Shown: positions 17,185 through 27,473 of the stretch, in pieces
How positions within the stretch are numbered: the stretch's first letter is position 1
Layout of the letters: each line of letters begins with the position of its first letter
Source: Methanobacteriota archaeon
GTDB taxonomy: Archaea; Thermoplasmatota; SW-10-69-26; JACQPN01
Reading direction: 5' to 3'
NCBI GenBank assembly: GCA_016207515.1
Contig: JACQPN010000005.1
Span: forward strand, 12,810-76,809
Length of the DNA: 64,000 bases
Notes under the pieces: generated by a model
The model's database searches: none
Told to the model about the DNA's origin: nothing
What the model saw: the letters and a program-made list of their open reading frames with translations, nothing else
Translations under genes and position numbers: made by a program

Positions 17185-19032
17185 TTGACGGTCTTCTCCC
17201 ACATCCCCGATTGTCTTTCCTGGGAGGACGCCTTCCACCTCACGAGCGAAGAGAGATTGGAACTCGTAAGACGCCTTGCGGAAGAAGGCCCGGGTGCGAT
17301 CGACAGGTTCCTTGAGGAACGAAAGGAACAAGGCGGCCTGGGAGCGCATTTCGAGGACGTGAAGCGGCGTATGGAGGCGTTCGCCGCAGAAAGACGGCGC
17401 CGACTCCTCGAGGAGTTCGAGGAGAGGCGGAAAAGGGCGGAAGCGGAATCGGGCCAGAAACTCGTCACCGTGAGCGAGGCGAAGAAGTCGGCAGAAGAGC
17501 GGCTTCGAGAGCTTCTTGCCTCCCGGGACGCTGAATTGCGAGGCGCGCTACTTGGCGGAGACCTCGTCCGACTCACTTTGTCGGCAAGCCCAGGCGAAGA
17601 ACGGAAACGTGGTCCGATCGACGTGCTCCTCGGTTTCATTCTGGGAATTCTTGCCGCCATCGGACGCGTTTGGCGATCGTTCCTTTCGTTCCTAGGCCTA
17701 CGACGACGGGCACGGCGCACCACAATAGCAGCGTTTCGAGGCCTCGCGGGAACTTACGCCGAGATCGAGGGACGGGTCGGACTCGCGTTGCGATCAAGCG
17801 ACGATGTCCGGTCACTGGTGCGCCAACGAATGGGCCAACTCAGGGCGGGAGACCGGTTCTCTCTCTGGTGGCGTAAGCTCCTCGGCCTCGAAGACGACGA
17901 ATCCATCCTCCGCCGGTTCATCGAGGACGAGGTGGAGAAAGGCCTCACCGAGAAGGAACGCGAGATGATGCGGCAACGGGAGGAGTTGGAAAAGAACCTC
18001 GCGGGCCTCGATGAGCGGCGCCGTGCCGAGGAAGCCGAGACCCAAGGCGAGCTTGACCGCATCGAACGTGAACGCGAGGCGGCGATAAAGAGACTACGGG
18101 AACTCGCCTCGAACGCGCCCAGGGAGAGACTACGCCAAGAGGTCGTGGAGGACCTGCTCGCGTCGGGCCTCGTCCGGGAGACCGAAGGCAACATCACGAT
18201 CACGCACCGGCTCATCGACAGGTTCGCAGACCTCGTACTCGCAGCGGAGACGAAGTCCGCCAGGAGCGGCAAACGAAGCGGCTTCGGTCGGACGGCGGAG
18301 GGTGAAGGCGATTACGAGCGCTCGCCGCTTCTCTCGCGCGAAGACATGTCGAGGATGGACATAGCCGAATCCCTCGTTTCCGCGAGGTTGAACCACCCGC
18401 GCGTGAAGCACATGTTCGACGACGACGTCATCATCCACCGCGAGATACGCTCCGCCGTCACACACGCGGTCCTAGTCATGGACGCGAGCGCCAGCATGGA
18501 AGAGAACGGACGGATACTCGCGGCAAAAAGAGCGGTCCTGGCGCTCCACAGCGCCGTAAAACGATCGAACCCGCGTAACATCGTCGACGTCCTCGTGATG
18601 AGGACGGACGTGCGTAGGATCGACCTTCTCGAGGCGTGGAACCTCAAGCCACGGGGCTTCACGAACACGGGGAGGGCACTGAGGATGGCGTCGGACCTCT
18701 TGGAGCGGGAAGGCAAGGACAGGCAACTCCTCTACCTCGTGACCGACGGCCTCCCCGAGGCGCACACGGAGGGCGGCGAGGATCTTGCGGGCTTTCCCGA
18801 GAAAGCGATGCGCTCGGCGCTCGATTCATCGCGCCGACTCCGCTCTCTTCCGGGCGCCTACTTCGTCCAGGTGCTCTTGGAGGCCAAGGACCCCACGTAC
18901 GTCGAGGCGGCGGAATCCATAGCCTCACAAGGCAAGGGCCGTGTCCTTCGCGTCGACCCGGGCGACTTGGCCCAAAGGAGCCTCGCCGAATTCAGTCGTG
19001 CGACGAGGCAGTGGCAGGAAATACCGGCCTGA
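17185..19032 (+). CDS. vWA-domain protein with coiled coils and a hydrophobic segment
   Basis: MIDAS motif DASASM, FTN..AL, LVTDGLP; adjacent to AAA+ gene; start uncertain (TTG 17125 or 17185). Confidence 0.85.
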   Translation: MTVFSHIPDCLSWEDAFHLTSEERLELVRRLAEEGPGAIDRFLEERKEQGGLGAHFEDVKRRMEAFAAERRRRLLEEFEERRKRAEAESGQKLVTVSEAKKSAEERLRELLASRDAELRGALLGGDLVRLTLSASPGEERKRGPIDVLLGFILGILAAIGRVWRSFLSFLGLRRRARRTTIAAFRGLAGTYAEIEGRVGLALRSSDDVRSLVRQRMGQLRAGDRFSLWWRKLLGLEDDESILRRFIEDEVEKGLTEKEREMMRQREELEKNLAGLDERRRAEEAETQGELDRIEREREAAIKRLRELASNAPRERLRQEVVEDLLASGLVRETEGNITITHRLIDRFADLVLAAETKSARSGKRSGFGRTAEGEGDYERSPLLSREDMSRMDIAESLVSARLNHPRVKHMFDDDVIIHREIRSAVTHAVLVMDASASMEENGRILAAKRAVLALHSAVKRSNPRNIVDVLVMRTDVRRIDLLEAWNLKPRGFTNTGRALRMASDLLEREGKDRQLLYLVTDGLPEAHTEGGEDLAGFPEKAMRSALDSSRRLRSLPGAYFVQVLLEAKDPTYVEAAESIASQGKGRVLRVDPGDLAQRSLAEFSRATRQWQEIPA

Positions 19033-19092
19033 ACCCTTGAGCGAAGGGGACCTGTGCGCCGGCCGCTTCGGGGCGGGCCTACGCGACCGACG

Positions 19093-19974
19093 TCAATGCC
19101 GTCCACCGGTCCCGACCTTTACGACGAGGCAAGGGCATGGGGAGCGTTTGAGCACTCGATCCACCGTACTCCCCCAAAGGAACTGATGCGCACTTGGCTT
19201 CCGAGTCGCGCCCAGCACAAGCATCGTGGATCGGGCCTTGCGGGCGTAGGAAAGGATCGACCGGGCGGCGTCGCTGGATTCGGTCACCGCCTCCTCATAG
19301 GGTACGTCCTCGGCGTCGAGGATCATCGCACATGATCGAAGGACCTCGTTCACGCGAGTTGACGGGGCGCCGCGCGACGCCGCGTGGAAAAGGGTCACCG
19401 AACCTTTCCGGACGGACGCCGCGCGAGCTGCGTCGCCCGGTCTAGAGCGGGGCTCATCCCCCCGTGGACTCGCTAGTGCGGCGGCCACTTGAGTGGCCAA
19501 CACGGAGTGGTCGTAACCGGCCGTCGGGACGAGGACGCGCGTAGCATCGACCTGTGTGTGCTTCTTGTAGTCGACGACCATCACGTTAGTGGGACTGCCA
19601 CGGACGACGTCGTCGACGAGGTTTCCAAGTAGGAGCCGCTCGCCCCTGTCCTTTCCCGTCGATCCGAGGACCACGAGGTCGTGGCCGCCGGCCTTGGATT
19701 CGTGAATGATGGCGGCGGCTTCGGAGCGGGCAAGCATTATCTTGGACCGGACGACGGCCCCCCGGGCCTCGATCGAGGCGGACAGTTCCTCCAAGAGTTC
19801 CCCCGCCTCTTCGACGCGGTCGGCGACGTACCCCGGTCGCCTCTCGGTCGGGAGGGTGATGACGTTGAGGAGCATCACTTCGCCGTCGCCGCGCACAAGG
19901 CGCGGCAGGAGACCCTCGACGGTGCGCAAAAGGCGCGGAGAAACGGCGGGGACGAGGATGCGGCGAAAGAGCAC
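19093..19974 (-). CDS. Tandem universal stress protein
   Basis: FRRILVP; DLVVLGSTG...LLGNLVDDVV; LWGSTVDRVLKRSPCPCLVV. Confidence 0.9.
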   Translation of the reverse strand: MLFRRILVPAVSPRLLRTVEGLLPRLVRGDGEVMLLNVITLPTERRPGYVADRVEEAGELLEELSASIEARGAVVRSKIMLARSEAAAIIHESKAGGHDLVVLGSTGKDRGERLLLGNLVDDVVRGSPTNVMVVDYKKHTQVDATRVLVPTAGYDHSVLATQVAAALASPRGDEPRSRPGDAARAASVRKGSVTLFHAASRGAPSTRVNEVLRSCAMILDAEDVPYEEAVTESSDAARSILSYARKARSTMLVLGATRKPSAHQFLWGSTVDRVLKRSPCPCLVVKVGTGGRH

Positions 19975-20069
19975 GGCAGCGAATCCCCGTCCTGATTATT
20001 AACGGGGACGACGAAGCACCAACATCGGCCCCAGGTGGCTTACCCGATCTTCTGAAGCCAGCAAACCTT

Positions 20070-21182
20070 TCAGAACGTGCTGGGTCTCGACGTCGTCTGG
20101 TTGGGCCCACCCGACGGCGGCGCCGGCGGCAGATGCGTGAGTACGTCGTGCTCGAAGCCGAAATTCATGGTGGGTTCGCCCCCGAACGTCGTGTCCCAGG
20201 AGAAGAACACCTTGTACTTCCCGAAACCCGCCTCGTTGAAGTTCGGCCGGTAGAGGGTCATCTTCTGCGCCTGTACGGGCGAGAACGTGCCCATCACCAT
20301 GCGACCGTCGGGCCCCGTGACCCACATGGAGGGAATGACCTTCGATGGGCCCCGGTAGGTGAGACCGAAGGAGGCCCGCCGCGTCTCGTTCGTCACTTGG
20401 AACTCGTGTAGGAGCATCGGTTGTTGGTCGGTCGCGTTCACGCTCTTGGCGACGTTTCCGGATTGCGAGTAGGTGTCCGTCGTGTTGAACGGCATCAGCA
20501 TGTACACACCCGTCACCGAGGATGCCTGCGGACCGCCCGTGACGAGTTGCAGCTGTGCTCCTTGGGCGCCGCTGCCGGCCGAGGTCGAAAGGACGGCGAG
20601 ACCGATGTTTCCCCGGTTCCCCTTCTCGTGCATGAAGCCCCCTCGGGGAAGTTCGAGGCTTGCGGTCACGGTCACCAGTTGCCCCGGGGCGAGTGTCTGC
20701 GGCAGGTCGAACGTGGCCCCCGCCACGTAGCTGTCCTCGAAGCCGCTGAAGACGAACGCTACCGGCCGGGGATTCGTCGGATCGAGAGGCGGGAAAGTCA
20801 CGATCTTGTCGGTCGTGAAGGTCATGGTGGCCTTCAAGGGCTCGATGTAATGGATGTTGTTCCCCGATGGGCTCGTGAACCACGGGTGCGGGAAATTGCC
20901 GGAAGTGAACTCCTGGACGCCGTCGACGGCGACGGCGACCTGTCTTTCGGGTCTTACGCTGTCAAAGCCGTGGTCGGGCGTGAAGTAGGCCGTGAAAGGC
21001 CGTTCTACAAAGAATTCGTTACCGGCCTCGTCGGTGAAATTGTGGACGGGCCCGCCGGCGATATCCGTCGCCAATGGTGGCGTCGTGACGAGGTCCCCGG
21101 TGGTCACGTCCCCCGTGTCGATGCACCCGGAAAGGACCGCCGGGACCATAATGAGACAGGCTACGAGGGCGCTGGATCTCAT
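20070..21182 (-). CDS. Secreted lipoprotein, unknown function
   Basis: MRSSALVACLIMVPAVLSGC lipobox. Confidence 0.75.
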   Translation of the reverse strand: MRSSALVACLIMVPAVLSGCIDTGDVTTGDLVTTPPLATDIAGGPVHNFTDEAGNEFFVERPFTAYFTPDHGFDSVRPERQVAVAVDGVQEFTSGNFPHPWFTSPSGNNIHYIEPLKATMTFTTDKIVTFPPLDPTNPRPVAFVFSGFEDSYVAGATFDLPQTLAPGQLVTVTASLELPRGGFMHEKGNRGNIGLAVLSTSAGSGAQGAQLQLVTGGPQASSVTGVYMLMPFNTTDTYSQSGNVAKSVNATDQQPMLLHEFQVTNETRRASFGLTYRGPSKVIPSMWVTGPDGRMVMGTFSPVQAQKMTLYRPNFNEAGFGKYKVFFSWDTTFGGEPTMNFGFEHDVLTHLPPAPPSGGPNQTTSRPSTF

Positions 21183-21330
21183 CTTGAAGGTGCTTATACC
21201 GGCCTTCCTATAAAACCAGTCTAGTCGGATGCCTTGAACATCCTCCACGGAGCAGGGACATCGATTCTCGCCTCGGGTAGCCGCGAAGCGTGCAGAAGCC
21301 GTCGCGCTCCGGCCCGTTTTCAAGCAGCCG

Positions 21331-22185
21331 CTAGCGACGAAGGGCTCTCAGGGCGGCTAGGTCGCGTCGAAAGCCCGGCATGCGCTCGTCCTCTTCGGGG
21401 TCCGTCTCGATGTTGCCGGGCGTATCCTTGAACCTCGCGTCGTTGAGGAGCGTACGAAACCCTTCCTTCCCGATGCCGCCTTCGCCGATGTGCTCGTGGC
21501 GGTCGAGCCGACCGTCGAACGGGCCCTTCGAATCATTGAGATGGAACGCCTGGATGAGCTTCGTGCCTAGCAAGGCATCGAAGGACCCCATCGTCTTCTC
21601 GTACGCCGTCTCTGTCCTTAGGTCGTACCCGGCGGCGAACGCGTGGCACGTGTCGAAACAAACCCCGACGCGCTTCTTGTCATGTATCTTGTCGATCATG
21701 GTCGCGAGGTCCTCGAACCTGCGGCCCACATTCGTCCCCTGGCCCGCGGCGTTCTCGAGAAGCACAATGGTCTTCCCCCCTTTTGTCGCCGCAAGCGCTT
21801 CGTTGACGCTCACCGAGACGTTTTCAAACCCGACTTCTTCCCCCGCGCCCGTGTGGCTTCCCGGGTGGAATATCAAGCCATGGAGACCAAGCAGCTCAGA
21901 CCGGCGGATCTCGTCGATGAACGCAGCGACGGATTTCGCTCGTAGCCCCGTGTCGGGCGAGGCCATGTTGATGAGGTAGCCGGCATGCGCGACCGGCCTC
22001 TTGATGCCTGTCTCTTTCAGCAGTTTCCTCCAGAGGGCGATATCTTCTGGCTCGTAGGGCCTTGCCTCCCATTGGCGCTGGTTCTTGGTGAAGATCTGCA
22101 CTGATTCGCAGTCCAGCTCCTTCGCTTTGACGAGGGCCGTGGCGACACCGCCCGCGATCGAAGTGTGGGCACCTAGAAGCACCAT
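21331..22185 (-). CDS. nfo: Endonuclease IV
   Basis: GAHTSIAGG, QIFTKN, H..YLIN, FHPG, LENAAGQG, DTCHAFAAGYD, HLNDSK, DRHEHIG. Confidence 0.96.
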   Translation of the reverse strand: MVLLGAHTSIAGGVATALVKAKELDCESVQIFTKNQRQWEARPYEPEDIALWRKLLKETGIKRPVAHAGYLINMASPDTGLRAKSVAAFIDEIRRSELLGLHGLIFHPGSHTGAGEEVGFENVSVSVNEALAATKGGKTIVLLENAAGQGTNVGRRFEDLATMIDKIHDKKRVGVCFDTCHAFAAGYDLRTETAYEKTMGSFDALLGTKLIQAFHLNDSKGPFDGRLDRHEHIGEGGIGKEGFRTLLNDARFKDTPGNIETDPEEDERMPGFRRDLAALRALRR

Positions 22186-22198
22186 GCAAGGACCGCCC

Positions 22199-23083
22199 TT
22201 AGACCGTCCTCGCGGCTATCTGGTGCTCCTGCTGCTCCAACTCCGTCAATGCCTTGTGCAATTCCGCATCGCTTGGCGCCTTGCCGTGGAAAGACAGCGA
22301 ACCTTGCATGAAGGAGACGCCCTTGCCTTTCACTGTGTGGGCATAGATGCAGGTGGGGCCGCCCTTGTGCGCCTTGGCCTTGTCCACGGCCTCAAGGACA
22401 GCGTGCATGTCGTGGCCATCGATCTCCAAGACGTTCCAGCGGAACGAGCGCCACTTGTCGCCGATGGGCTCGATCGACATTATCTCCTCCGTCGGGCCGT
22501 CGATCTGCAGCATGTTCCGGTCAAGGAACACGGTAAGGTTATCCAGCTTGTAATGAGCGGCCGCCATCGCGGCCTCCCAGATGAGCCCCTCGTCGCACTC
22601 GCCGTCGCCGACGATGCAATAGACCTGGTAATCCTTCTTGTCGAGTTTCCCCGCGAGCGCCATCCCGACGGCGGCAGGAAGGCCATTGCCTTCGCTTCCC
22701 GTGCTCATGTCCACACCTGGGGTCTTTCGCATCGACGGGTGGCCCTGGAGATGACTGTTGATCTTCCGGTACGTCACGAGGTCCTCGACGGGAAAGTACC
22801 CGTTCATCGCCAGGGCTGCATACCAGGCGGCGCACGAGTGCCCCTTGCTCATGATGACGCGGTCGCGGTCGGGCCATTGGGGGTCCTTGGGGTCGTGGCG
22901 GAGTTTCTCAAAGTAGAGCGCCGTGATGAAATCGGTCGAGGAAAGGGACCCACCGGGGTGCCCCGAACCGGCCGCATGGACCATCTTGATCACGTGCTTG
23001 CGGATCTCGACGGCCTTCGATTCGAGTCCCTTGATCTTCTTCGCGGAATGTTCAGTCAAGGCTGCCGGGGGAGATGACGCCAA
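22199..23083 (-). CDS. Transketolase, N-terminal (ThDP-binding) subunit
   Basis: SGHPGGSLS, SKGH, LQGHP, GDGECDEG...N, HTVKGKG. Confidence 0.93.
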   Translation of the reverse strand: MASSPPAALTEHSAKKIKGLESKAVEIRKHVIKMVHAAGSGHPGGSLSSTDFITALYFEKLRHDPKDPQWPDRDRVIMSKGHSCAAWYAALAMNGYFPVEDLVTYRKINSHLQGHPSMRKTPGVDMSTGSEGNGLPAAVGMALAGKLDKKDYQVYCIVGDGECDEGLIWEAAMAAAHYKLDNLTVFLDRNMLQIDGPTEEIMSIEPIGDKWRSFRWNVLEIDGHDMHAVLEAVDKAKAHKGGPTCIYAHTVKGKGVSFMQGSLSFHGKAPSDAELHKALTELEQQEHQIAARTV

Positions 23084-23272
23084 TCACGCTAAATGTGTTT
23101 GGTCCCCCGTCCGGGCCAAAACCGGCGCCACGTGGAGAAAACCGGGCTTGACCGACGTACTGGCACCGCGGCACTCGAGATACGGGCCCGAACGGGGTCG
23201 CTTCGGGATTCGGCGCTGCGGAAAAAGTATAAAAAGCCCCGAAGTATGCGGCGCGTAACGGGAAGATAAAGA

Positions 23273-25312
23273 ATGGCCGACCTCACCCCCTACGCCTTGG
23301 AACTGTCCCTTGCGGCCGCCGGCGTCGCACTCGTCTACGCGATCTACCTCACGATGAGGATACTCCGGCAGGACGAGGGCTCCGACAAGATGAAGGCCAT
23401 CGCACAAGCCATCCGTGAAGGCTCCATGGCGTACCTTGCGCGCCAGTACAGGACCATAGCCATCATCGCTGTCGCGGTGGCCGTCCTCTTAGCCGTCTAC
23501 CCGCCGCTCGGTCCCGTGGCCGCCGGCGCCTTCATACTTGGAGCCGTCCTTTCGGCGCTCGCAGGGTATGCCGGCATGCTCATCGCCATCCGGGCGAACG
23601 TCCGCACCGCGCGCGCCGCCGAACGCGGCGTCGGGCCCGCCATGGACCTGGCTTTTTCGGGCGGCACCGTCACGGGCATGGCCATCGTAGGGCTAGGGCT
23701 CTTCGGGATTGCCGGCCTCTACATGGTGCTTCGCGACGTGAACCTCCTTATCGGATTCGGGTTCGGAGCCTCGCTCATCTCGCTTTTCGCCCGCGTGGGC
23801 GGCGGAATCTACACGAAAGTCGCGGATGTCGGGGCGGACCTCGTGGGAAAACTCGAAGCGGGAATACCGGAGGACGACGCCCGTAACCCCGCCGTGATCG
23901 CGGACAACGTCGGCGACAACGTCGGCGACTGCGCCGGCATGGGTGCCGACCTCTTCGAATCCTACGTCGTCACTTTGATCGCGGCGATGATTCTCGGAGC
24001 GCTCACGGTTGGAAAGACCCTGAACGGGTTCGTCGTCGGCGACGAAGTGGTGCTGCTCCCACTCATCATCGCGGCCGGCGGCATCGCCGGGAGCATCCTC
24101 GGCAGCGTCTTCGTGCGCCCAAAGACCGAGGCCAAGATCTGGCCCTCCCTCAACGTGGGGATATACGTCGCCGCGGGCGTCTCGGCCATCCTTATCTACG
24201 TGGCGACGCTGGGGCAGCCGAACGGGGTGCAATACTTCCTCGCGGCCTCCGTCGGGATACTCACCACCATCATCATCAGCCACATCACGGCTTACTACAC
24301 GTCCACCGACAAGCCGCCGGTGCGCGAACTCGCCGAGCTCTCGAACGGCGGCCCCACGGCGAACGTCCTTTTCGGCCTCGGGATCGGGTTCCGAAGCACG
24401 ATACTCCCGATCCTCACCATCTCCGCGGCGATCCTCATCTCCTACCAACTCGCGGGGATCTACGGCATTGCACTTGCCGCCATGGGCCTCCTCTCGGTGA
24501 CCGGCATCATCATGTCCATCGACAGCTACGGGCCGATAAGCGATAATGCCGGCGGCATCGCCGAGATGAGCGGAATGTCATCCGACGTGCGTAAGGTCAC
24601 CGACGCGCTCGACGCTGTTGGAAACACAACGAAGGCGACGACCAAGGGGGTCGCGATCGCTAGCGCGTCGATCAGTGCCCTCGCCCTCTTCACGGCGTTC
24701 ACGCAAGAGGCAAAACTCGGGGACGTGAACCTCTTCGCTATGCCCGTCCTCGTCGGCCTCATCATCGGAGCGACGGTGCCGCTCGTCTTTTCCGCGTGGG
24801 CGATGCAGGCGGTGGGCCGAAGTGCGAACCTCATGGTCGAGGAAGTTCGCCGCCAGTTCCGTGAGATCCCCGGTATCATGGAAGGGACGGCGAAGCCAGA
24901 CTACGCAAGGTGTGTCGACATCTCGACGCAAGCGGCCATCCGGCAACTTGGAAGGCTCGGCGCCATCGCAGTCATCCCACCAATAGTCATCGGGCTTCTC
25001 TTGGGACCTCTCGCCCTGGCAGGTTTCCTCGTCGGAAGCATCCTCACCGGACAGCTTCTAGCCTACACGCTCTGCAACGCGGGCGCGGCATGGGACAACG
25101 GCAAGAAGTACATCGAACAGGGTAACCACGGTGGAAAGAAGAGCCCCGCGCATCAGACCGCGGTCATCGGAGACACCATCGGCGACCCTGCGAAGGACAC
25201 TGCGGGACCCGCGATAAACAGCCTCATAAAGGTCATCAACACGGTGAGTCTGCTCCTCGCGCCCTTGCTCGCCGGGTTGACGATCGCGGCATACATACCG
25301 GGATGGTCATGA
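23273..25312 (+). CDS. hppA: Membrane-integral pyrophosphatase, K+-independent signature
   Basis: DVGADLVGKLE, DNVGDNVGD, DLFESY, GNTTKA, WDNGKK, GDTIGDPAKD all intact. Confidence 0.95.
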   Translation: MADLTPYALELSLAAAGVALVYAIYLTMRILRQDEGSDKMKAIAQAIREGSMAYLARQYRTIAIIAVAVAVLLAVYPPLGPVAAGAFILGAVLSALAGYAGMLIAIRANVRTARAAERGVGPAMDLAFSGGTVTGMAIVGLGLFGIAGLYMVLRDVNLLIGFGFGASLISLFARVGGGIYTKVADVGADLVGKLEAGIPEDDARNPAVIADNVGDNVGDCAGMGADLFESYVVTLIAAMILGALTVGKTLNGFVVGDEVVLLPLIIAAGGIAGSILGSVFVRPKTEAKIWPSLNVGIYVAAGVSAILIYVATLGQPNGVQYFLAASVGILTTIIISHITAYYTSTDKPPVRELAELSNGGPTANVLFGLGIGFRSTILPILTISAAILISYQLAGIYGIALAAMGLLSVTGIIMSIDSYGPISDNAGGIAEMSGMSSDVRKVTDALDAVGNTTKATTKGVAIASASISALALFTAFTQEAKLGDVNLFAMPVLVGLIIGATVPLVFSAWAMQAVGRSANLMVEEVRRQFREIPGIMEGTAKPDYARCVDISTQAAIRQLGRLGAIAVIPPIVIGLLLGPLALAGFLVGSILTGQLLAYTLCNAGAAWDNGKKYIEQGNHGGKKSPAHQTAVIGDTIGDPAKDTAGPAINSLIKVINTVSLLLAPLLAGLTIAAYIPGWS

Positions 25313-25346
25313 GAAGGCTAATCCTGCGGCGCGTCTATCCTGAGGC

Positions 25347-25985
25347 GTGGCTTGGATAGCTTTACCTGACGAACTACCAGACGACGACTGGCGTTCGCGC
25401 CCAGGGTCCGGGAAGTCTTGGCTGCATCGGCGCACTGGTCTCCCACCGGGTTCTCATAGGAAACTTGCGCTTGCAGTCATACTCGCACTAGCGAGCGCGG
25501 GAGCCGGGTGGGCAGTAGGACTTTCTGACGTCGGCATCGCAACCCTTGTGGGCGCGGTGTTCGTTTCAGCTCTAGCCGTCTGGTACGAAACCGTTTCGGC
25601 TGCGCGCCACGAGCTCTTGGACCAAGGGCTCACCGTCTTGAAATCTGATTTCGATGACGTTAGAGAAATGCTTGAGCGTGCGTCCACGTTGCATGCCTTC
25701 GCGAATCTCTCAACTAGAGACTCTTCGGACGAGGCTCTGGCCCGAGAGCATCCGTCATGGTTGGAATTGTGCGTCCCACGGTTCGCTCGTTTTCCCCTTC
25801 AGCGAAGGGCGCTCATCAAGTTCAGTAGGGCAGCGCGGATTTGCCTTCCGGAAGAACGAGCTGCTGGGGATCATGGGGCTGTTGAAAAAGCGCGACGTGA
25901 TGTTTCGGCAGCACTAAAGGAGTTGGAGATTCACATGGATACGTTTCTTAAGCGCGGTTATCAGGAGAAGCGACGGCTTCCATGA
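25347..25985 (+). CDS. Hypothetical membrane protein
   Basis: 212-aa ORF with two TM segments, fills the gap between hppA and the NifU-like gene. Confidence 0.55.
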   Translation: MAWIALPDELPDDDWRSRPGSGKSWLHRRTGLPPGSHRKLALAVILALASAGAGWAVGLSDVGIATLVGAVFVSALAVWYETVSAARHELLDQGLTVLKSDFDDVREMLERASTLHAFANLSTRDSSDEALAREHPSWLELCVPRFARFPLQRRALIKFSRAARICLPEERAAGDHGAVEKARRDVSAALKELEIHMDTFLKRGYQEKRRLP

Positions 25986-25989
25986 CCTC

Positions 25990-26277
25990 CTACTCCGCAT
26001 TCACGGTCTTGACTTCCGGCACCCTGGCCTTGAGTATCCGCTCGATGCCCATCCGAAGCGTCATCTGGCTCATTCCACAACCCGAGCACGCTCCGACCAT
26101 ACGGATGTCCACCGTGCCGCTCGTTTCGTCCGCTTTCACGAGCTCAAGGTCGCCGCCATCCATGTTGACCGCGGGGCGGATCTGTTCGATGACGGCCTCG
26201 ACGCGCTCCTGAAAACTCTTCTTGGGCTTTGGAGCCCCTTGGGGTGCTCCAGGTTCGGCAGTAGTCTCCATCGTCAC
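25990..26277 (-). CDS. NifU C-terminal (Nfu) domain Fe-S protein
   Basis: IRPAVNMDGGDLELV...GACSGC...TL..GIE. Confidence 0.92.
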   Translation of the reverse strand: MTMETTAEPGAPQGAPKPKKSFQERVEAVIEQIRPAVNMDGGDLELVKADETSGTVDIRMVGACSGCGMSQMTLRMGIERILKARVPEVKTVNAE

Positions 26278-26331
26278 TCAAGCGACCATTGATGCTTATC
26301 GTTTATAACCATTGTGCCCGATTACACGCGG

Positions 26332-26895
26332 ATGGTCACAATCGCGCAGAGGTACAAACTGAAGATCGGCTCCGCCGCGCCGCCGTTCGTCCTTCCTTGC
26401 GTCGACGGGAAGACACATGCCCTCCCCGATTTCAAGGGCGAGGCGTTGCTCGTCGTCTTCAGCTGCAACCACTGCCCGTACGTCCAATCGTACGAGGAGC
26501 GGCTCATCGCCATCGGCCGCGACTACGTGGCGCGCGGACTAGATTTCGTCGCGGTGAACAGCAACGAGATCGAGAACTACCCGGAGGACGATTTCGCTCA
26601 CATGGTCGAGAGGGCGAAGGCGAAGGGTTACACGTTCCATTACGTGCGAGACGAAAGCCAGGAGGTCGCCGAAAGCTTTGGGGCCCAGTGCACGCCCCAC
26701 GTCTTCCTCTTCGACCACAACCGAAGGCTCGCCTACCAAGGCCGGATCGACGACAACCGCGATGCGACGCAGGTGAAGCGCCACGAACTAAGGGAGGCGA
26801 TCGAGGCGTTGTTCGCCGGAAGACCCGTCGGGCTTGAGGAAACACCGGCGTTTGGCTGCTCCATAAAGTGGGACAAGGAACCGAAGTTCCTTTGA
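26332..26895 (+). CDS. Thioredoxin-fold AhpC/TSA family protein
   Basis: CNHCPYV, DESQEVA..FGAQCTP, YQGRIDD, GCSIKW; TTTATAA at 26302. Confidence 0.92.
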   Translation: MVTIAQRYKLKIGSAAPPFVLPCVDGKTHALPDFKGEALLVVFSCNHCPYVQSYEERLIAIGRDYVARGLDFVAVNSNEIENYPEDDFAHMVERAKAKGYTFHYVRDESQEVAESFGAQCTPHVFLFDHNRRLAYQGRIDDNRDATQVKRHELREAIEALFAGRPVGLEETPAFGCSIKWDKEPKFL

Positions 26896-27092
26896 CGGCG
26901 CGACGACAGCATCGGCAGGTGCGCGGACCGGAAACGGAAAGTCACGCGTATGTATGGCTCGATCACATCATGGGTTTGCCCCGGTGATATTTCGCCCTTT
27001 TCCGCCGATTTCAGGAGGTTGCTCCTTACAATTCTACGTCTGTACGTGAACCTTATTAGCCGAAATCCCGCCGAAGCCTCCGTGGTGAACCT

Positions 27093-27365
27093 ATGCGTCA
27101 TGAACGGACGGTGTCGCTTTTCGCAGGGCTGTTGAGCGCGTCAGGCGCCATCTACGCCTTGTGGAAGATACAGCAGGCATTCAACTTCGGTGAGCCCGAC
27201 GGGCCTTCGGTCTTCGGCCTAGCGATCATCGGCGCGCTTTTCGCCGCGGTCGCAGGAGGAGGCCTTTCGGTGGACCTATTCAGTTCAGAGTCCGCGGGAA
27301 GTCGGGAAGATGCGCCATCCAGGCCGCCGACGATGAAACCGCCGCCCGGAAAGCCGATCCAGTGA
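27093..27365 (+). CDS. Small hypothetical membrane protein
   Basis: Two hydrophobic segments. Confidence 0.45.
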   Translation: MRHERTVSLFAGLLSASGAIYALWKIQQAFNFGEPDGPSVFGLAIIGALFAAVAGGGLSVDLFSSESAGSREDAPSRPPTMKPPPGKPIQ

Positions 27366-27473
27366 AGTGGGATCGAGCCCAACAAGGGACGCCCGCCGAC
27401 GATGGTGCGCGTGGCCGCGGCCTCCGCCGATAGATGGGCCGGCAAAATCCAAGCCAAGGCTTTCCCAAAAACG

